A stretch of 63,231 nt of DNA, filler included, from Chiloscyllium plagiosum (lineage: Eukaryota): NCBI RefSeq assembly GCF_004010195.1. It is 4 parts of one record of this genome, joined end to end, with 100 filler letters (N's around TTAATTAATTAA, not from the genome) between each part and the next. Parts side by side here need not be neighbours in the genome. Positions count along the whole stretch, not along the records: positions 1 to 15,694 come from NC_057714.1; 3 more parts are not named here. One strand, written 5' to 3'. Numbering within the stretch: the stretch's first letter is position 1; each line of letters opens with the position of its first letter. Below the pieces are notes generated by a model. The model ran no database searches. It saw nothing but the letters and a program-made list of their open reading frames with translations, and was not told where the DNA came from. Below, piece by piece: positions 1 to 12,959 of the stretch. The translations under genes were made by a program, and so were the position numbers.

Positions 1-505
1 AAGTTTGTCCAGCAGGGTAAGATAAAAGGTAGGGAGGAGGGACTTGGGGGAGGGGCGTCGGAAATGTGGTAGGTGGAAAGAGGTCACGGTGAGGGTGATA
101 GGTCAGACTGGGGTGGGGGCGGGGAGGTCGGGAAGAAGATTGCAGGTTAGGAAGGCGGTGCTGAATTTGATGGATTTGACTGAGACAGGCTGGGGGGAGG
201 GGAAATGAGGAAACTGGTGAAATCTGAGTTCATCCCTTGTGGTTGGAGGGTTCCCACCCCAGTCTGACCTATCACCCTCACCTTGACCTCTTTCCACCTA
301 TCACATTTCCGACGCCCCTCCCCCAAGTCCCTCCTCCCTACCTTTTATCTTAGCCTGCTCGACACACTTTCCTCATTCCTGAAGAAGAGCTTATGCCCGA
401 AACGTCGATTCTCCTGTTCCCTGGTTGCTGCCTGACCTGCTGCGCTTTTCCAGCAACACATTTTCAGCTCTGATCTCCAGCATCTGCAGACCTCACTTTC
501 TCCTC
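1..505. mobile_element. Penelope-like element (PLE) 3' ends, inverted pair
   Basis: About 7-118 is the reverse complement of about 254-365. The plus arm ends in the recurrent PLE tail (cctgaagaag...gcccgaaacgtcgattctcc...ctcactttctcct). Confidence 0.8.
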
Positions 506-610
506 AAAGGGAAAATAAGGCTAGTTGCTTGAAAGGAGTATTGTACTAACTGCTCTGAACAGGTGTTGCCACCATGCTGAGCATATGTCGTGAGGCACAG
601 TTACAGTTGG

Positions 611-747
611 AAATGGCATTCCTGAAGAAGGGCTAATGCCCGAAACGTCGATTCTCCTGTTCCCTAGATGCTGCCTGACCTGCTGCGCTTTTCCAGCAAC
701 ACATTTCTATCTCTGATCTCCAGCATCTGCAGACCTCACTTTCTCCT
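611..747 (+). mobile_element. Minimal PLE 3' tail insertion with hammerhead-like core
   Basis: 15-bp TSD cacagttacagttgg at 596-610 and 748-762. Core CTGAAGA 622-628, stem gggc/gccc, GAAACGTC 642-649. Confidence 0.85.
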
Positions 748-1037
748 CACAGTTACAGTTGGGCAATCAAGGATGATCGTGATAATTCACACCAAGACTG
801 AAGCACCAGCAATATTGCTGAGTCAGAACTAAGGTGACAAAGGGGCAATTTAAAAGACAAGACAGAAAGAATCTACCAGAAGAAGGTAGTAAGGAGATTA
901 TTGAGGCTACGAAAAATCAGGGGATAGTTTAACCTATTGTTCAGCCAGAAAGAATTCGCTAAGGCTGCTGATTCAAGGCTTTATTTGGGAAAGTCATGGA
1001 ATAAGGCAGACATCGTTCATTAGGCTGGAAATTCTGC

Positions 1038-2720
1038 ATGTTTCCTGCAAAAAAATTGGAAAAATGTAATTTTACCAAAAGGAAACAAGGATCCTCAATT
1101 TTGACTGTAAAAAGGCAGGAAAACCCCTGTAAGGAGTATAGAAATACTGCATCATTACTGAGTTTAAAAAACTTTAATGAAAGGGAATTAAAATGGCATT
1201 GCTATATTGAGGAAGTGATGTGGAGGTGCCAGTGTTGGATTGGGGTGGACAAAGTTAAAACAAATCACAGAACACCAGGTTAGAATCCAACAGGTTTAGT
1301 TGGAAGTACAAGCTTTCAAGTGCTGCTCATTCATCAGGTAGATAGTGGAGTAGGATCATAAGACACAGAATTTATAGCAAGAGATCACAGTGTCATACAC
1401 TGATGTGATATACTGAACAAACCTAGACTGCTGTTAAATCTTTCACCTTTTAGAAAGGTGACCTCTCAACTAAGACAATACATTAAAGGTGTGAGGTTAG
1501 ATTCTGTCCGTATTCCACACACACACGCATATAAGTCTATGGGGTGAATTTTCATTTGCAGAATTATATTTGCAGGTACATTCTGTTTTGTTCAAGAAGT
1601 GCACAATTTGTAGACCGTCAGTCAATGTGGCATTTTATAAACTCCTACTTTGGAAATAGAACCAGTCTGACTCAAAATTGGAATACAGACAGACTCTAAC
1701 CTCACACCTTTAATGCATTGTCTGAGCTGAGGTGTCACTTTTTCTTTATTAAACCTTAAAGTATCTCAAGAATGTGACTTGGAAGAAGTTCTGGGATTCA
1801 CATATTAATGAATCGAAACCTGCAATCCATTCTAAAAGATGAAAGATTTTACAGCAGTCTCGGTTTGTTCCATATATCGCATCACTTACATGACATTATG
1901 ATCTTTTCCAATAAATTCTGTGTCCTATGATCCTGCCCCACTCGCTACCTGATGAAGGAGCAGCGCTCCAAAAACTTATACTTCTAAATTAATCTGTTGG
2001 TCTATAAACTGGTGTTGTGCAATTTTTAACTATGTTGAAGAAGGAAGAATCTAATTCAGCAAGAGATTAAAGTAATACTGATATACTGCAAGATCAAAAG
2101 GCTTTGAAGTTAGGAATAAACACAGTAATAAAATTGTGCCAAAGTAAAATGCTTTGAAGTAGGAAGAATAAGTAATCACATTAGGAATAAACCTGGCAAA
2201 TTTAACATCAGGGATGGGCCAAACATAGCACAGGATTAGAACTCTTGGAGGAAGCAGTTCTCATGTGATAGGCTTACTTTCAAGATACACAATTAATCAC
2301 AAGCTAAACAACTAAATACATTATAATGTTCAATAGAACCAATAGCTAATGATATCAAAGCTCAATTGGAACATGCAAAGTTAAGCCATTGGTCATACAA
2401 TAATGTCAATGTGGTGGAGCCGCCGGTATTACAAAAATACTAGATGCCTTCCTTGGGAAATTGGTGATCCAGTCAACTCAGGGCAGACAGAACCTGTTTA
2501 TATTAATGGTCATCAAATTAACTTTAAGCTTGATTCAGGGACAATGCCACTGTCTTATCAGATCATTTAGCATCAATGAAGAAACAGTCATTATAGCCTA
2601 CAAAAATGAACCTACATGGTCCATGTGGGACAGCACTCAAGATTAAAGATATGCGACAAGAAAGATGTCAGAGAATAGAGAATGTGCATGTAATTCATAA
2701 CCAAGCACTCTCACTCTTGA
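1038..2720 (+). mobile_element. Decayed Ty3/Gypsy (Mag-like) gag-protease remnant, interrupted by a PLE
   Basis: About 2490-2545 reads VYINGHQINFKLDSG (retropepsin D-[ST]-G motif), followed by LHGPCGTALKIK...VIHNQALSLL. ORF 1038 (KEYRNTASLL) weakly resembles a gag N-terminus. Many stops and frameshifts. Confidence 0.6.
1216..2029. mobile_element. PLE (second subfamily) with inverted 5' copy of its 3' end
   Basis: About 1250-1515 is an imperfect inverted copy of about 1680-2030. TSD-like ctatattgaggaag (1202-1215) and ctatgttgaagaag (2030-2043). CTGATGA core in both arms. Confidence 0.75.
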
Positions 2721-3129
2721 GGATTATTTTCATTTGTCTGTATCATGTGGGTGATGTTGGCCAGGGCATGCCTATTTCTCCTGGAGAAGAAGGCATGAGG
2801 TGCCTTCTTAAATCACTGGAGTCCATGGGGTATAAGGATACTCCACTGTGTTGTTTTGAAGGCGTACACGGGAAGAGTTTGAGCCAGTGGCAATGAATAA
2901 TATAGACAATCTCATCTCATTAAAATGGACAGTGAACAGGTCAAGACAGACCAAGCTATGCCAACTCTGTCCAAAGACAAACCAACCAGAGAACATCTCA
3001 TTTAGAGACATCTCATTTTTTTGAATCGTCAAAGCACAACCAGCATCATATTTTGTTCGGTTTCCGTGATACAAGACAGAAACCATAAAAGAGAAAATAA
3101 ACTATTGCGATGAACAATGATGGCATCAG

Positions 3130-3365
3130 AAATATGTCTTATATGGCAAGCCACTCACCATCCTGACTTGGACATATATTGCCATTCCTTCACTGTTGTT
3201 GGGTCACAATCCTGGAATTCCCTCTCTAATGGCATCGTGGGTCTACCTACAGCACATGGACTGCAATAGTTCAAGAGGCAGCTCACCACCACCTTCTCAA
3301 GACCAACTCAGGTATGGCAATATATGCTGCCCAGCCAGTAGCATCCATGTCCTATCACTGAAAGA
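3130..3365 (+). mobile_element. CR1-superfamily LINE 3' end (family B)
   Basis: Tail ggactgcaatagttcaagaggcagctcaccaccaccttctcaag recurs at about 27400-27600 (+), 39975-40305 (-), 2730-2860 (-) and 8085-8900 (-). Confidence 0.65.
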
Positions 3366-3527
3366 AAAAACTTCAGAAGAATCAAGAAGAAATTGCCTAG
3401 TCCAGAAATACCAGATACTGCAAAAAAGAAAATACCTTTTTGGACTGAGCAGGCATCTTCTATTAAGGGAATTTGTGAGATTAAAGGTCCTTCAAATAAC
3501 ATTATACTCCAGCGACCTGATACAACA

Positions 3528-3785
3528 GGCACTGCTGCCTCACAGCACCCGGGACCAAGGTTCAACTCCAGCCTTAGATGACTGTCTGGAGTTTGCACAT
3601 TCTCTCAGCGACTGTGTGGGTTTCATCTGGGTGCTCTGGTTTCCTCCCAAAGTCCGAAGATGTACAGGTTAGGTGGATTAGCCATGGGCAATCTGGAGTA
3701 TAAAGGGATTGGTGGGTCTGGGTGGGATGCTGTTTGGCAGGTTGATGTGGGCTAAATGGCCTGTTTCCACACTGTAAGAGTTCTA
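3528..3785 (+). mobile_element. HE1-like tRNA-derived V-SINE (diverged)
   Basis: gcactgctgcctcacagc, B-box-like ggttcaactcc, V-domain ggagtttgcacattctc and tail ggcctgtttccacactgta. Confidence 0.8.
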
Positions 3786-4419
3786 TACTGAGCAGCCCTC
3801 ACCAATGTCTGGGTGGGAGGACCTATGCAGATAAGGCTTGACATGGTTTGGATGATTTGACATTTACTTGAGTGCCCCCACTGCTACATAATCCTGACCA
3901 GGAATTTTTTTTTAAAAGGTGTCGCTTTAAAAGGTCTTTAAATTAAGTATATGCTCTCAAGTTTATACTCAAAAAGTGGTGAACATATTAATGGAAACTG
4001 CATTCTCCAGAGATGAAAATAAGCAGATTTAATAACTTGTCCAGATAATTTGAAACACACCATTGTGTTGGAAATTCTTTGATGCCTGTTTTTGAAAAAA
4101 ATGATATCATAAGCAAAGAGTCATCAGAGCTTTCAGTAGTTTTAAAAGGTCAAACTTGTTAAAGAATAGTTAGAAGCCAACTTGCTTGAAGTCAAATAAG
4201 GCACCAACGTGATGAAATCTACTTCTTTGCTTTGTACCATTAGATTTGAAGTTAAATTGTACTGTTTGAACAAAGTGATGCTGACCAGGCCTGCTGTTCA
4301 CATCTTGTGAAATAAATTATTCACATTGGTCCTCTCCTTTCACTTTATGTTTGCTTTAATCGACCTGAGAAGAGATTGAAGCATGTCCAGGCTAGATCAC
4401 AAGTGGATGTACTTTTTAA

Positions 4420-4720
4420 AATATTCTTTGATGGCATCTGAGCTTTGCTGACAAGGTCATCATATGTTTCCCATCCATAACTGCCCTTGAGCTGAATGGC
4501 TTACTGGACCATTTAAAGGACATTTTAGAATCAACCACATTACTGCGGATTTAGAGTCACACATAGAGCAGACCAGATAAGGATAATGGATTTCCTTCCT
4601 TATCGGACATCAGTGAACCAACTGTGTCTTCTGAACATTGATACTAGGTTCATGGTCACTGTTACTGAGGCTGGCTTTCAATTCCAGATTTATTAACTGA
4701 ACTGAAATTTCACCAACTGT
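4420..4720 (-). mobile_element. tRNA-derived SINE with family-B LINE tail (old copy)
   Basis: Shares the core (tcaaccacat...gagtcacac...gaccag...tttccttc...agtgaacca) with copies at 7750-8055 and 10085-10610. Confidence 0.6.
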
Positions 4721-7269
4721 AATATCCTCAAAGAAGAAAACTGAGTCTCAAGTCCAATTATATTAAATCTATTACCTCTAATCCAAAGATGTGCATGTTA
4801 GGTGGATTGGCAAAGATGTGGAAGCGAGGTGGGTTAGCCATGGGAAATGTTGTGTTACAGAGATAGGGTAAGGGGTTGGTCTGGGTGGGGTGCTCTTCAG
4901 AGGGTCAGTATGGCCTGCTTCCACACTGTAGGGAGGTTCCATGACTAGTCCAGCAACTCTTTCTAAATGTCCCTATGGTGGGCTGTTGTCAGAGAACAAC
5001 CAGGCAGCAGTAGTAACAGTTAGATATTCAAACTACTTACAGAAAATTGCCAAAATTGACCATTAGAAAAGTATATGTAATAGATCTGAATTTACTTACA
5101 GCACAGAAACTATGACACAAAACAAGGCTAATTGTCCCTTTTTGGTGTGCTGATGTTAGTATTTCACCTGGAGATCTCTGCATTCTCGAGCAACTCAAAG
5201 ACATTAACTGAGCATACTCATAGAGTATGGATGCCCTTCTGGGCAACTTATTCAGAGATCACTGGTGCCCATGAAGCAGTAACCGGGCATGAACCAACCC
5301 AGTCAGCAGAAGGATAAGGAGTGAAATTTGAAGAAGGAAAAATGCTCATTTGGTAAACAGCACACAGACTTCCATTGCATAAACTCATAGTGGAAGAATG
5401 TCTAATTGGACAAGCTGCTGGGAAGTCATTGGTGCCCACAAAGCCACATCCTGGCATGAGTCGACCCAGTTTAATGAAGCGGGAGGAGGAGAAAAAACAT
5501 GCCCATTTATAAAATTTGGTGTGCAAATTCTAGTGTGATTTTCAATGTATTAAATCAAACTAAAATTAATTTGTTGCTCAGGTGAAGAATAAATGTAAAC
5601 AGAAAAATTACGTGTTCATCTTGTGTAGATTTTTCTCCCTTAACATTTGCTGTGGTTTCAATCTGCTAGCTGCCCGGGCCAGTGTAAATTCTTTATGTGT
5701 GATTCCAAGGAATGAATCTATTTAATCAGAGGCAATCTCACAGATCTGCTTAGCCCTGTTCTCATCCAATGCCAACGCAATTCTGAGTAAGTCTAACTGG
5801 AGAACAAATCATAGAGGGGATCAGATTTCCCCTTCCTTGCCCATCCTGAGGTCACTTTGCACCCCTGCTGAGATCACATAACTTACACAGGCCAGGAATG
5901 GGATCTTTCCTTTCTGTTTGTGTCAGCTAATCACTGTCTTGGTCAGCACTGGCATGCTTTTATATTTTAGTGTGAAAATGTAAAGATGATTCTCCTTTTT
6001 TGGTATAAAGGAATTCTAAACTGAACCTCAGTCAGATCTGAATTACATGTAAAAATAAGGTAAATATCACATTGCTTCAGCAAGTTGGAATGTTCTGATA
6101 CAGAAAATTAGAGAGTGCACAGCAGACTTGTGCACACAACACTGACATAGGGTCCAACCTGACTGAGTTCAAATTTCCTCTTTTAAAATCATTGACGTTT
6201 GAGGTCTGGAGAGATCAGAGGCTCTTCTGTAGTTCAAAATAATCACAAAGGCCCATCTCCCATCAGCCAGGTTCACATGAGACTTGTTTCCCTGGCTGCC
6301 TTTCTGAATAGAACTTATTGATTTAACATCTCAGGATACTGCGATATTCTGTCATTAAAATGATTTATCGGGCCATGGGAAAAATGTCTCCTGCCAAGAA
6401 CACAGGACTCGAAGAGACAATGACTGCATCTGTTTGGCATATGCCATCAAGGTAGCCTTTCAGATAAGAGCAGGGCCCGGGATTGTTTCTCTCTGTAGCT
6501 TTGTGAATGCTTAACCAGTTACTGGGCAGGTGCTGAATAGTTGGTCTGAAGCAACCTCAGTTTCCATCCGAGAAGCGCAATTATCAGTTAAATCAGGACA
6601 GTGCCTGTCTCACATGACTTTCAGCTCCATTCTTGCCCGTGCAACCCTCCCACCCTGTCCTGATAATCAAAGTGGAGCCACATTCAATCGGTATATCCTG
6701 TTGTTCCAGGCAATTTATTATATAACAACATCTGACATGCATGGCAGTAACTGCTTGCTAATTATGGTGCAAATCGACAGTGTCAGGTTTATTGTGTCGC
6801 TGGGTCTCTGGAACAATTGGACATTTGTTGTGTGAGAAGATTACACAGTGCTGGGCAGTTTCCCTAAAATTATCCCCATTTACTGTGACTGCTTGGACCT
6901 CTTATCTGGGAATAGAGAAAAAAAAGTCATTAATGAGTCCTCCTGCAGGTTCTGGAACTCTGAGACTCTCTGTTCAATTTGTATCAAAACAATCCCTGTT
7001 TCTCTTTCATTTTTAATGATTACTGTTTCATGTCACCTTGGGCTCCCTGCCTGAACTTGTTATCTCATTTCAAACATTACACATAATAACACACCGACCA
7101 AGTTATCACAGCAGTTTGTGAAGAATGCCCCAACAGCATTGATAAAAGTAATGATTTTCTTGTACGCTCGACCACTTAGATTTTCGCTAAATAAATTAGG
7201 TTTTTGAAACTCTCTATAGTTTTTCTTTCCTACTTCAACCCCTTTGCTTCTCAAGGTATACGCTCCCCA

Positions 7270-7682
7270 TCAGAAAGGCTTGTATTTATGTAGAGCTTTC
7301 ATGACCTTGGAATGTCACAATGTGTTTTACAGCCAATTTACTACTTTTGAAGTGTAATTGATGTTGCAGCGAAGAAAGCATTGCAGCCAATTTATGTGCG
7401 GCAATCTCCCACAAACAGTAATTAAATATATAACTACTGTTTTCGGTGTTGTGGGGGTTAAATGTTGGCTCAAACTCAAGAAGTGATCCTTTTCTCTTCC
7501 TGGAATAGTGCTGTGAAAACTCATATCCACCTGAGAGGGTAGACAGGGCTTTGGTTTAATGTCACATATTAAAAATGGCACCTCCAGCAGCGTAGCACAT
7601 CCACTGCTGCACTAAATTACCCACCTGGTTTATAGGCCATTTTGGGTCAAAGGCTGCAGTGAGACTACTAAACCAAAGTTGA
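7270..7682 (-). mobile_element. Deu-domain SINE (SacSINE/AmnSINE-related)
   Basis: atccacctgagagggtagacagggctttggtttaatgtcac...tggcacctccagcagcgtagcac resembles the reverse complement of the Deu domain as recalled. Confidence 0.7.
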
Positions 7683-7749
7683 TCCTTGAGTTGATACCAT
7701 GTGAGTTGAAAAGTGCTTTGCATATTTGTTCATGAGATGTAAGTTTTGT

Positions 7750-8055
7750 TTTAGTTCATTCACAAGATGAGGGCATCACCTGCTAAACCAGCATATATTG
7801 ACCAGCAGTTAAAAGTCATCCATTATTGCTGAGTCTGGAGTCACATGTAGGCCAGACCAGGTAAGGACGCCTGTTTTCTTCTCTAAAGGGCATTAGTGAA
7901 CTAGATGGGTTTTTCCCACAATCGATTCACGGTTATCAGATTTTCTTCATTGAATTCAAATTCCACCATCTGTCATGGCAGGATTCGAACTTGGATTCCC
8001 AGAACATTACATGGGTCTCTAGACTAACACTCCAGTGATACCACTAGGCCATTAC
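7750..8055 (-). mobile_element. tRNA-derived SINE with family-B LINE tail
   Basis: gtctggagtcacatgtaggccagaccaggtaagg...ggcattagtgaac, plus B-box-like ggattcgaac near the 5' end. Confidence 0.7.
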
Positions 8056-8084
8056 TTAACTCTGTTGCTGACACGGTAAGCATT

Positions 8085-8900
8085 TTACCCCAGCTGCCTT
8101 TGAGGCGTAGTATTCTTGAAGCAATGCTGTCCACAGGGTATAGGTGCACCCACAATGCTGTTAGAAAGGATGTTCCCAATTTTCAATCTGTCGCAACTAG
8201 GAAATGTTGATATAATTCCAAGGCAGGATGGTGTGTGTCTTGATCGGAATTTTGCAGGCGGTTGTGTTCCTATTGGTTTGCTGGCTTTGTTCCTCTTGGT
8301 GGTAAAGGTAGATGTAGTCAAGAATGGCCCAGTGAATGGCTGCAATGCATCTTGTATTTGGTACACGCTGCTAATGTTGAAGGAGGAATTACGTGTCTAA
8401 GGCTGTGAATAATATGCGAGTCAAGAAGGCTGCTTTGACCAGGATGAAGACTTGAGTGTTGGAGCTGCACTCAGCCAGTTAAATGGAGAATGTCCCATTA
8501 TACCCCTGATTTGTGCAATGTAAATTTAAGGCTTTGAGGTGTCACTTGCTGTGGATTACCCAGCCTCTGACCTGTCGGACAATATTGATATGACTTGTCC
8601 AATAATGTTTTGGTCAATGGTAATCCCTAGGACATTGAGGGTGTTGCACACCCATAAGGATGTCCATTGCTGACTTGATATTTAAATTATCTTTTAATGA
8701 TGTGTTCTGAAAGGGAACCACAAATGCTGTTTGACAATTGTATCAGATATTGGATTGCAAATGGTAAAATTGACTTGGGCTCCCACTCCTTGTACAATGG
8801 TCACTGCTTGGTGCAGATATGTATTGCTATTGGGTGACAGCAGAATCAGCCTTGGTTGTATATGATGCCACTCACAGTTGAACAGCTTGCCCATACTCCC
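8085..8900 (-). mobile_element. CR1-superfamily LINE (family B) 3' fragment
   Basis: Decayed reverse copy extending upstream of the family-B tail. Confidence 0.55.
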
Positions 8901-10084
8901 CAACTGAGTTCACACAGAAATGATCATTAATTTTTAAGTTGAGAAAGGGCAAAGGGTGCCAATGGGGTGTGCTTGAGAAAACATGAACCCTTCATATTTG
9001 AGTTGGGGACAACAATGGTGTGGGACAAAAGCCAAGTTGTAGGTTGGCTAACATTTCAAAAATTAGGAGGTGTATTCCCTCCCTTCTAAAATCAGGCAAA
9101 TGTTAGAGGCTGAAATTAAGAATCAGAAAACAGGTTGCAATCCCATTCAAACATCTCATGCTGCACCTATTTTCATAGTAAAATGCATGAGGTTACATTC
9201 AAGGACTGAATGAGTTCCACTTCAAAATGTTTGTGACTTGGGCAGCTCCGCATTCCAACTGAGAATTGTCCCAAGGAATGAAACAGAAAGATTCTGTTGC
9301 AGAAATAGTACTTCCTTCTGTCCTGCTGCATTATAAATAACACGAGAGCAGGTTGCAGACGTAAAGGAAGTAGATAGGTGTTGGATTTGCACATAACAGT
9401 GCACACCAGACCCTTTGTTCTCTCCTGAACTTCTGAACCTATTGCGCTGTTGCAGCTGTCTGGTACCGAGGGATTAAGAATGAATTCTCGGGGACTTATC
9501 ATTTTCGGCTTTGTTATATAAAAAAACAGAAAAAAACATGAAGTGTTTCTTTCAGAAAAATTCTATAAAATAAGCACTGAAGCCTGAGGAAATGTTACCA
9601 TTTAAAGTCATTAAGCTGCAGTAATTGTCAGTCCTCTCAGATCCATTTTAATACAATCAGGACTCTCCAACCTCACAGTCTTCCCACAGAGCTTTCAGTA
9701 ATTAAACAATATTTTATACTCTGAGAATGATGGCAGCACTGCAAATAGGATAATAATTTTCAGCTTAATATGAGAACAAAATAATATTCAGTATCAAAAT
9801 GGAAAGTTTAACCCCTGACTCTTCTCTCTCAATATTTTCACACATGCACTTAACGAACAAGTGGAGATGATGCTATTCCACCTTAAATTCACACAGAACA
9901 TCCAGAGAGTCAGAAATACTTTATTTTCATCGGTACACAACTTCATTAAAAATAGTGTGCAAAGAATGTTTTTTTAACCTAGAGGACAGTCAGAAACGTG
10001 AAAAGGTTCTATGTTAGAATATTAGTGTTGAGGCAATAAGAATACTGATCAATACAACAGACTTGCATATTAAAATATTTTTAA

Positions 10085-10610
10085 AATTGGGTTCATCAGA
10101 CTTGGGCATCACTGGCTAGGCCAGCCATTATTACTTATTAATTGCCCAGAGGCATTTAAGAGTCAACCACATTTCTGTGGTGAAAATGTGTTGCTGGAAA
10201 AACACAGCAGGTCAGGCAGCATCCAAGGAGCAGGAGAATCGACGTTTCAGGCATGAGCCCTTCTTCAGGAATGAGGAAAGTGTGTCCAGCAGGCTAAGAT
10301 AAAAGGTAGGGAGGAGGGACTTGGGGGAGGGGCGTTGGAAATGTGATAGGTGGAAGGAGGTCAAGGTGAGGGTGATAGGCCGGAGTGGGGGTGGGGGTGG
10401 AGAGACCCACATTTCTGTGGGTCTGGAGTCGCAAGTAGGCTAGGATATTAGTGAACCAGATGTTTTTTTTTCTGACAATGGTTTCTTGGTCATCTTTAGA
10501 CTACTCATTCCAAATTTTTATTCAAAAGCCCCCTGAGCCATGGCAAGGTTTAGACCCAGGTCCCCAGAACATTACTTGGATCTCTGGATTATTAATCTAG
10601 TGTTAACAAC
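10085..10610 (-). mobile_element. tRNA-derived SINE interrupted by a PLE fragment
   Basis: Same family as 7750-8055, split at 10181-10406. Confidence 0.7.
10181..10406 (-). mobile_element. PLE 3' fragment with hammerhead-like core
   Basis: 14-bp TSD ccacatttctgtgg at 10167-10180 and 10407-10420. Reverse core gacgtttcaggcatgagcccttcttcag. Confidence 0.85.
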
Positions 10611-10761
10611 AACTCCTTTAAAAATGTAACTGATTATCATAGAGTTATAGAGATGTACAGCATGGAAACAAACCCTTTGGTTCAACTCGTCCACACCAAA
10701 CAGATATCCTAACTAATCTAGTCTCATTTGCCAGCACTTGGCTCATATCCCTATAAACACT

Positions 10762-11338
10762 TGTGAGAGGTGCTTGCAAATGTTGTTGTTTCTGCAAAAA
10801 TCACAAGGCTGAGTCATGAGGGGGGTGTATGTTAAGCTAGATATGCTTGCACAAACAGCTACAAGTAGCTGTATCTTGCTTCTGCAAAGATCGCAAGGCG
10901 GAATCACGTGGGTGTATACCAAGAAATAACTAACCGAAAAGGGATGTGGTCGACTGGTAGAAACAGATGTATTGAAATGACAGTTGCAATTGTCACACAC
11001 ATAGGGAAGTAGTATGAACAAGATAACCAAATAAGACCCAGTGTTGCGTCAGCAAAAGTAATAAGACCCAGTTATCAAGGGGGTGGGTTGCACGCCAACA
11101 ACAGGCCACAGACAGATGTGGTAAGCCGATTAGATTAGCAGCTGCACAGAGCAATACAACTATCAGATATGAAGTAAAAGGGGAGTACCGAGAGACTCAA
11201 CTGAACTGTATAAATTATAACCTCCTGAACGGGGTGCCTACTTTATGGTCACCCGGGCTTGCAAGACCGTCTGAATACAGACTGCTTCAGAATTTGACTC
11301 GGACTGAAATTATTGAACAGTGAGCTTCGTTTCTCACA
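10762..11338 (+). mobile_element. Solo LTR inserted in the CR1 3' end
   Basis: Termini TGTGAGA...TCTCACA form a perfect 7-bp inverted repeat. It splits the CR1 sequence taaacact|acttcctattc with a short act(t) duplication. TATA-like tataaa at about 11209. Confidence 0.8.
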
Positions 11339-12193
11339 ACTTCCTATTCATATACCCATCCAGATTCTTTTTCAATGTTGCAATTGTACCAGCCTACATC
11401 ACTTCCCCTGGCAGCTCATTCCATACACGTACCACTCTCTGTATAAAAAAGTTGCCCCTTAGGTCTCTTTTATATCTTTCCCCTCTCACCTTAAATCTAT
11501 GCCCTCTAGTTCTGGGCTCCTCCATCCTGGGGGAAAAGACCTTTTCTATTTATCCTTTCCATGCCCCTCATGATTTTATAGACCTCTATAAGGTCACCCC
11601 TCAGCCTCCGACGCTCCAAGGAAAACAACCCCAGACTATTCAACCTCTCCCTACAGCTCAAATCTTCCAACTCTGGCAGTATCATTGTAAATCTTTTCTG
11701 AACCCATTCAAGTCTCACAATATCTTTCCGATAGGAAGGAGACTTGAATTGCATGCAATATTCCAACAGTGGCCTAATTAATGACCTGTACAGCCGTAAC
11801 ATGACCTCCCAACTCCTGTACTCAATACTCTGACCAAAAAAGGAAAACATACCAAATGTCTTCTTCACTATCCTATCTACCTGCGACTCCACTTTCAAGG
11901 AGCTATGAACGTGCACTCCAAGGTCTCTTTGTTCAGCAACACGCCCCAGGACCTTACCATTAAATGTATAATTTCTGCTCTGGTTTGCTTTTGCAGAATG
12001 CAGCACCTCGCATTTATCTAAATTAAACTCCATCTGCCACTCCTCAGCCCATTGTCACATCTGATCAAGATGTAATCCGAGGTAACCTTCTTCGCTGTCC
12101 ACTACGCCTCCAATTTTGGTGTCATCTTCAAACTTACTAACATATCTCCCATGTTCACATCTAAATCATTTACATCAATGATGAAAAACAGTG

Positions 12194-12264
12194 AGATTAG
12201 ATTAGATTAGATTAGATTAGATTAGATTTAGATTTGAGATTAGATTAGATTAGATTTGAGATTT
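12194..12264. repeat. (AGATT)n microsatellite inside the CR1 RT
   Basis: About 14 pentamer units, the same unit as the HE1-type SINE tails in this window (e.g. 18848, 28869, 52794). Confidence 0.9.
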
Positions 12265-12959
12265 GGACCCAGCACCGATCCTTGTGGCACTCCACTGGCC
12301 ACAGGCCTCCAGTCTGAAAAGCAACCATCCACCACCACCCTCTGTCCACTACCTTTGAGCCAGTTCTCCATCCAAATGGCAAGTTCTCCCTGTGTTCCAT
12401 GAGATCTAACCTTGCTAACCAGTCTCCCATGAGGAACCTTGTCAGATGTCTTATTGAAGTCCATATAGATCATGTCCACCCCTCTGCCCTCATCAGTCCT
12501 CTTTGTTACTTCTTCAAAAACCTCCATCAGGTTCATTAGATATGATTTCCCAAGCACAAAACCATGCTGCCTATCTCTAATCAGTCCTTGCCTTTCCAAA
12601 TACATGTACATCCTGTCCCTTATGATGTTACACAAGACAGGTTCCACTCTTCCTTTCCTGAAGGTTTTGGATGAGAACACCACTGAATCTGACATTCAGT
12701 TATTTTTGAAAACCTCTGTAGAATATCTATTCTTAATGTGTGTTGATAAGGTGTATCAGCGGGCAGCTCAACTACAGGAGCATCACAGCTGCATCTGCTG
12801 CTGTGGAGTCTTCAAGCAGTAATTATGACACAGCAATCACTGGCCAGAATCTCAACTTGACATACTGACCCAGAAACACAGGTCAGTTGTCATGGAAGAG
12901 CAAAATCATTGAAAGGTTACAGAACCGATTCTCATCTCCAAGCTGAAGGACAATGTTAG

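Larger units (their letters stand above)
10636..12620 (-). mobile_element. CR1/HER1-type LINE, 3' part of ORF2 (reverse transcriptase)
   Basis: ORFs read YMDFNKTSDKVPH, SGVPQGSVLGP, MEFNLDKCEVLH and LFSLERRRLRGDLIEVYKIM. Ends in the HER1-type tail. Hosts a solo LTR and a microsatellite. Confidence 0.92.

Noticed and set aside
5160..5520. Possible old RTE/LINE coding remnant or exon
   Set aside because: No motif was clear enough to assign.
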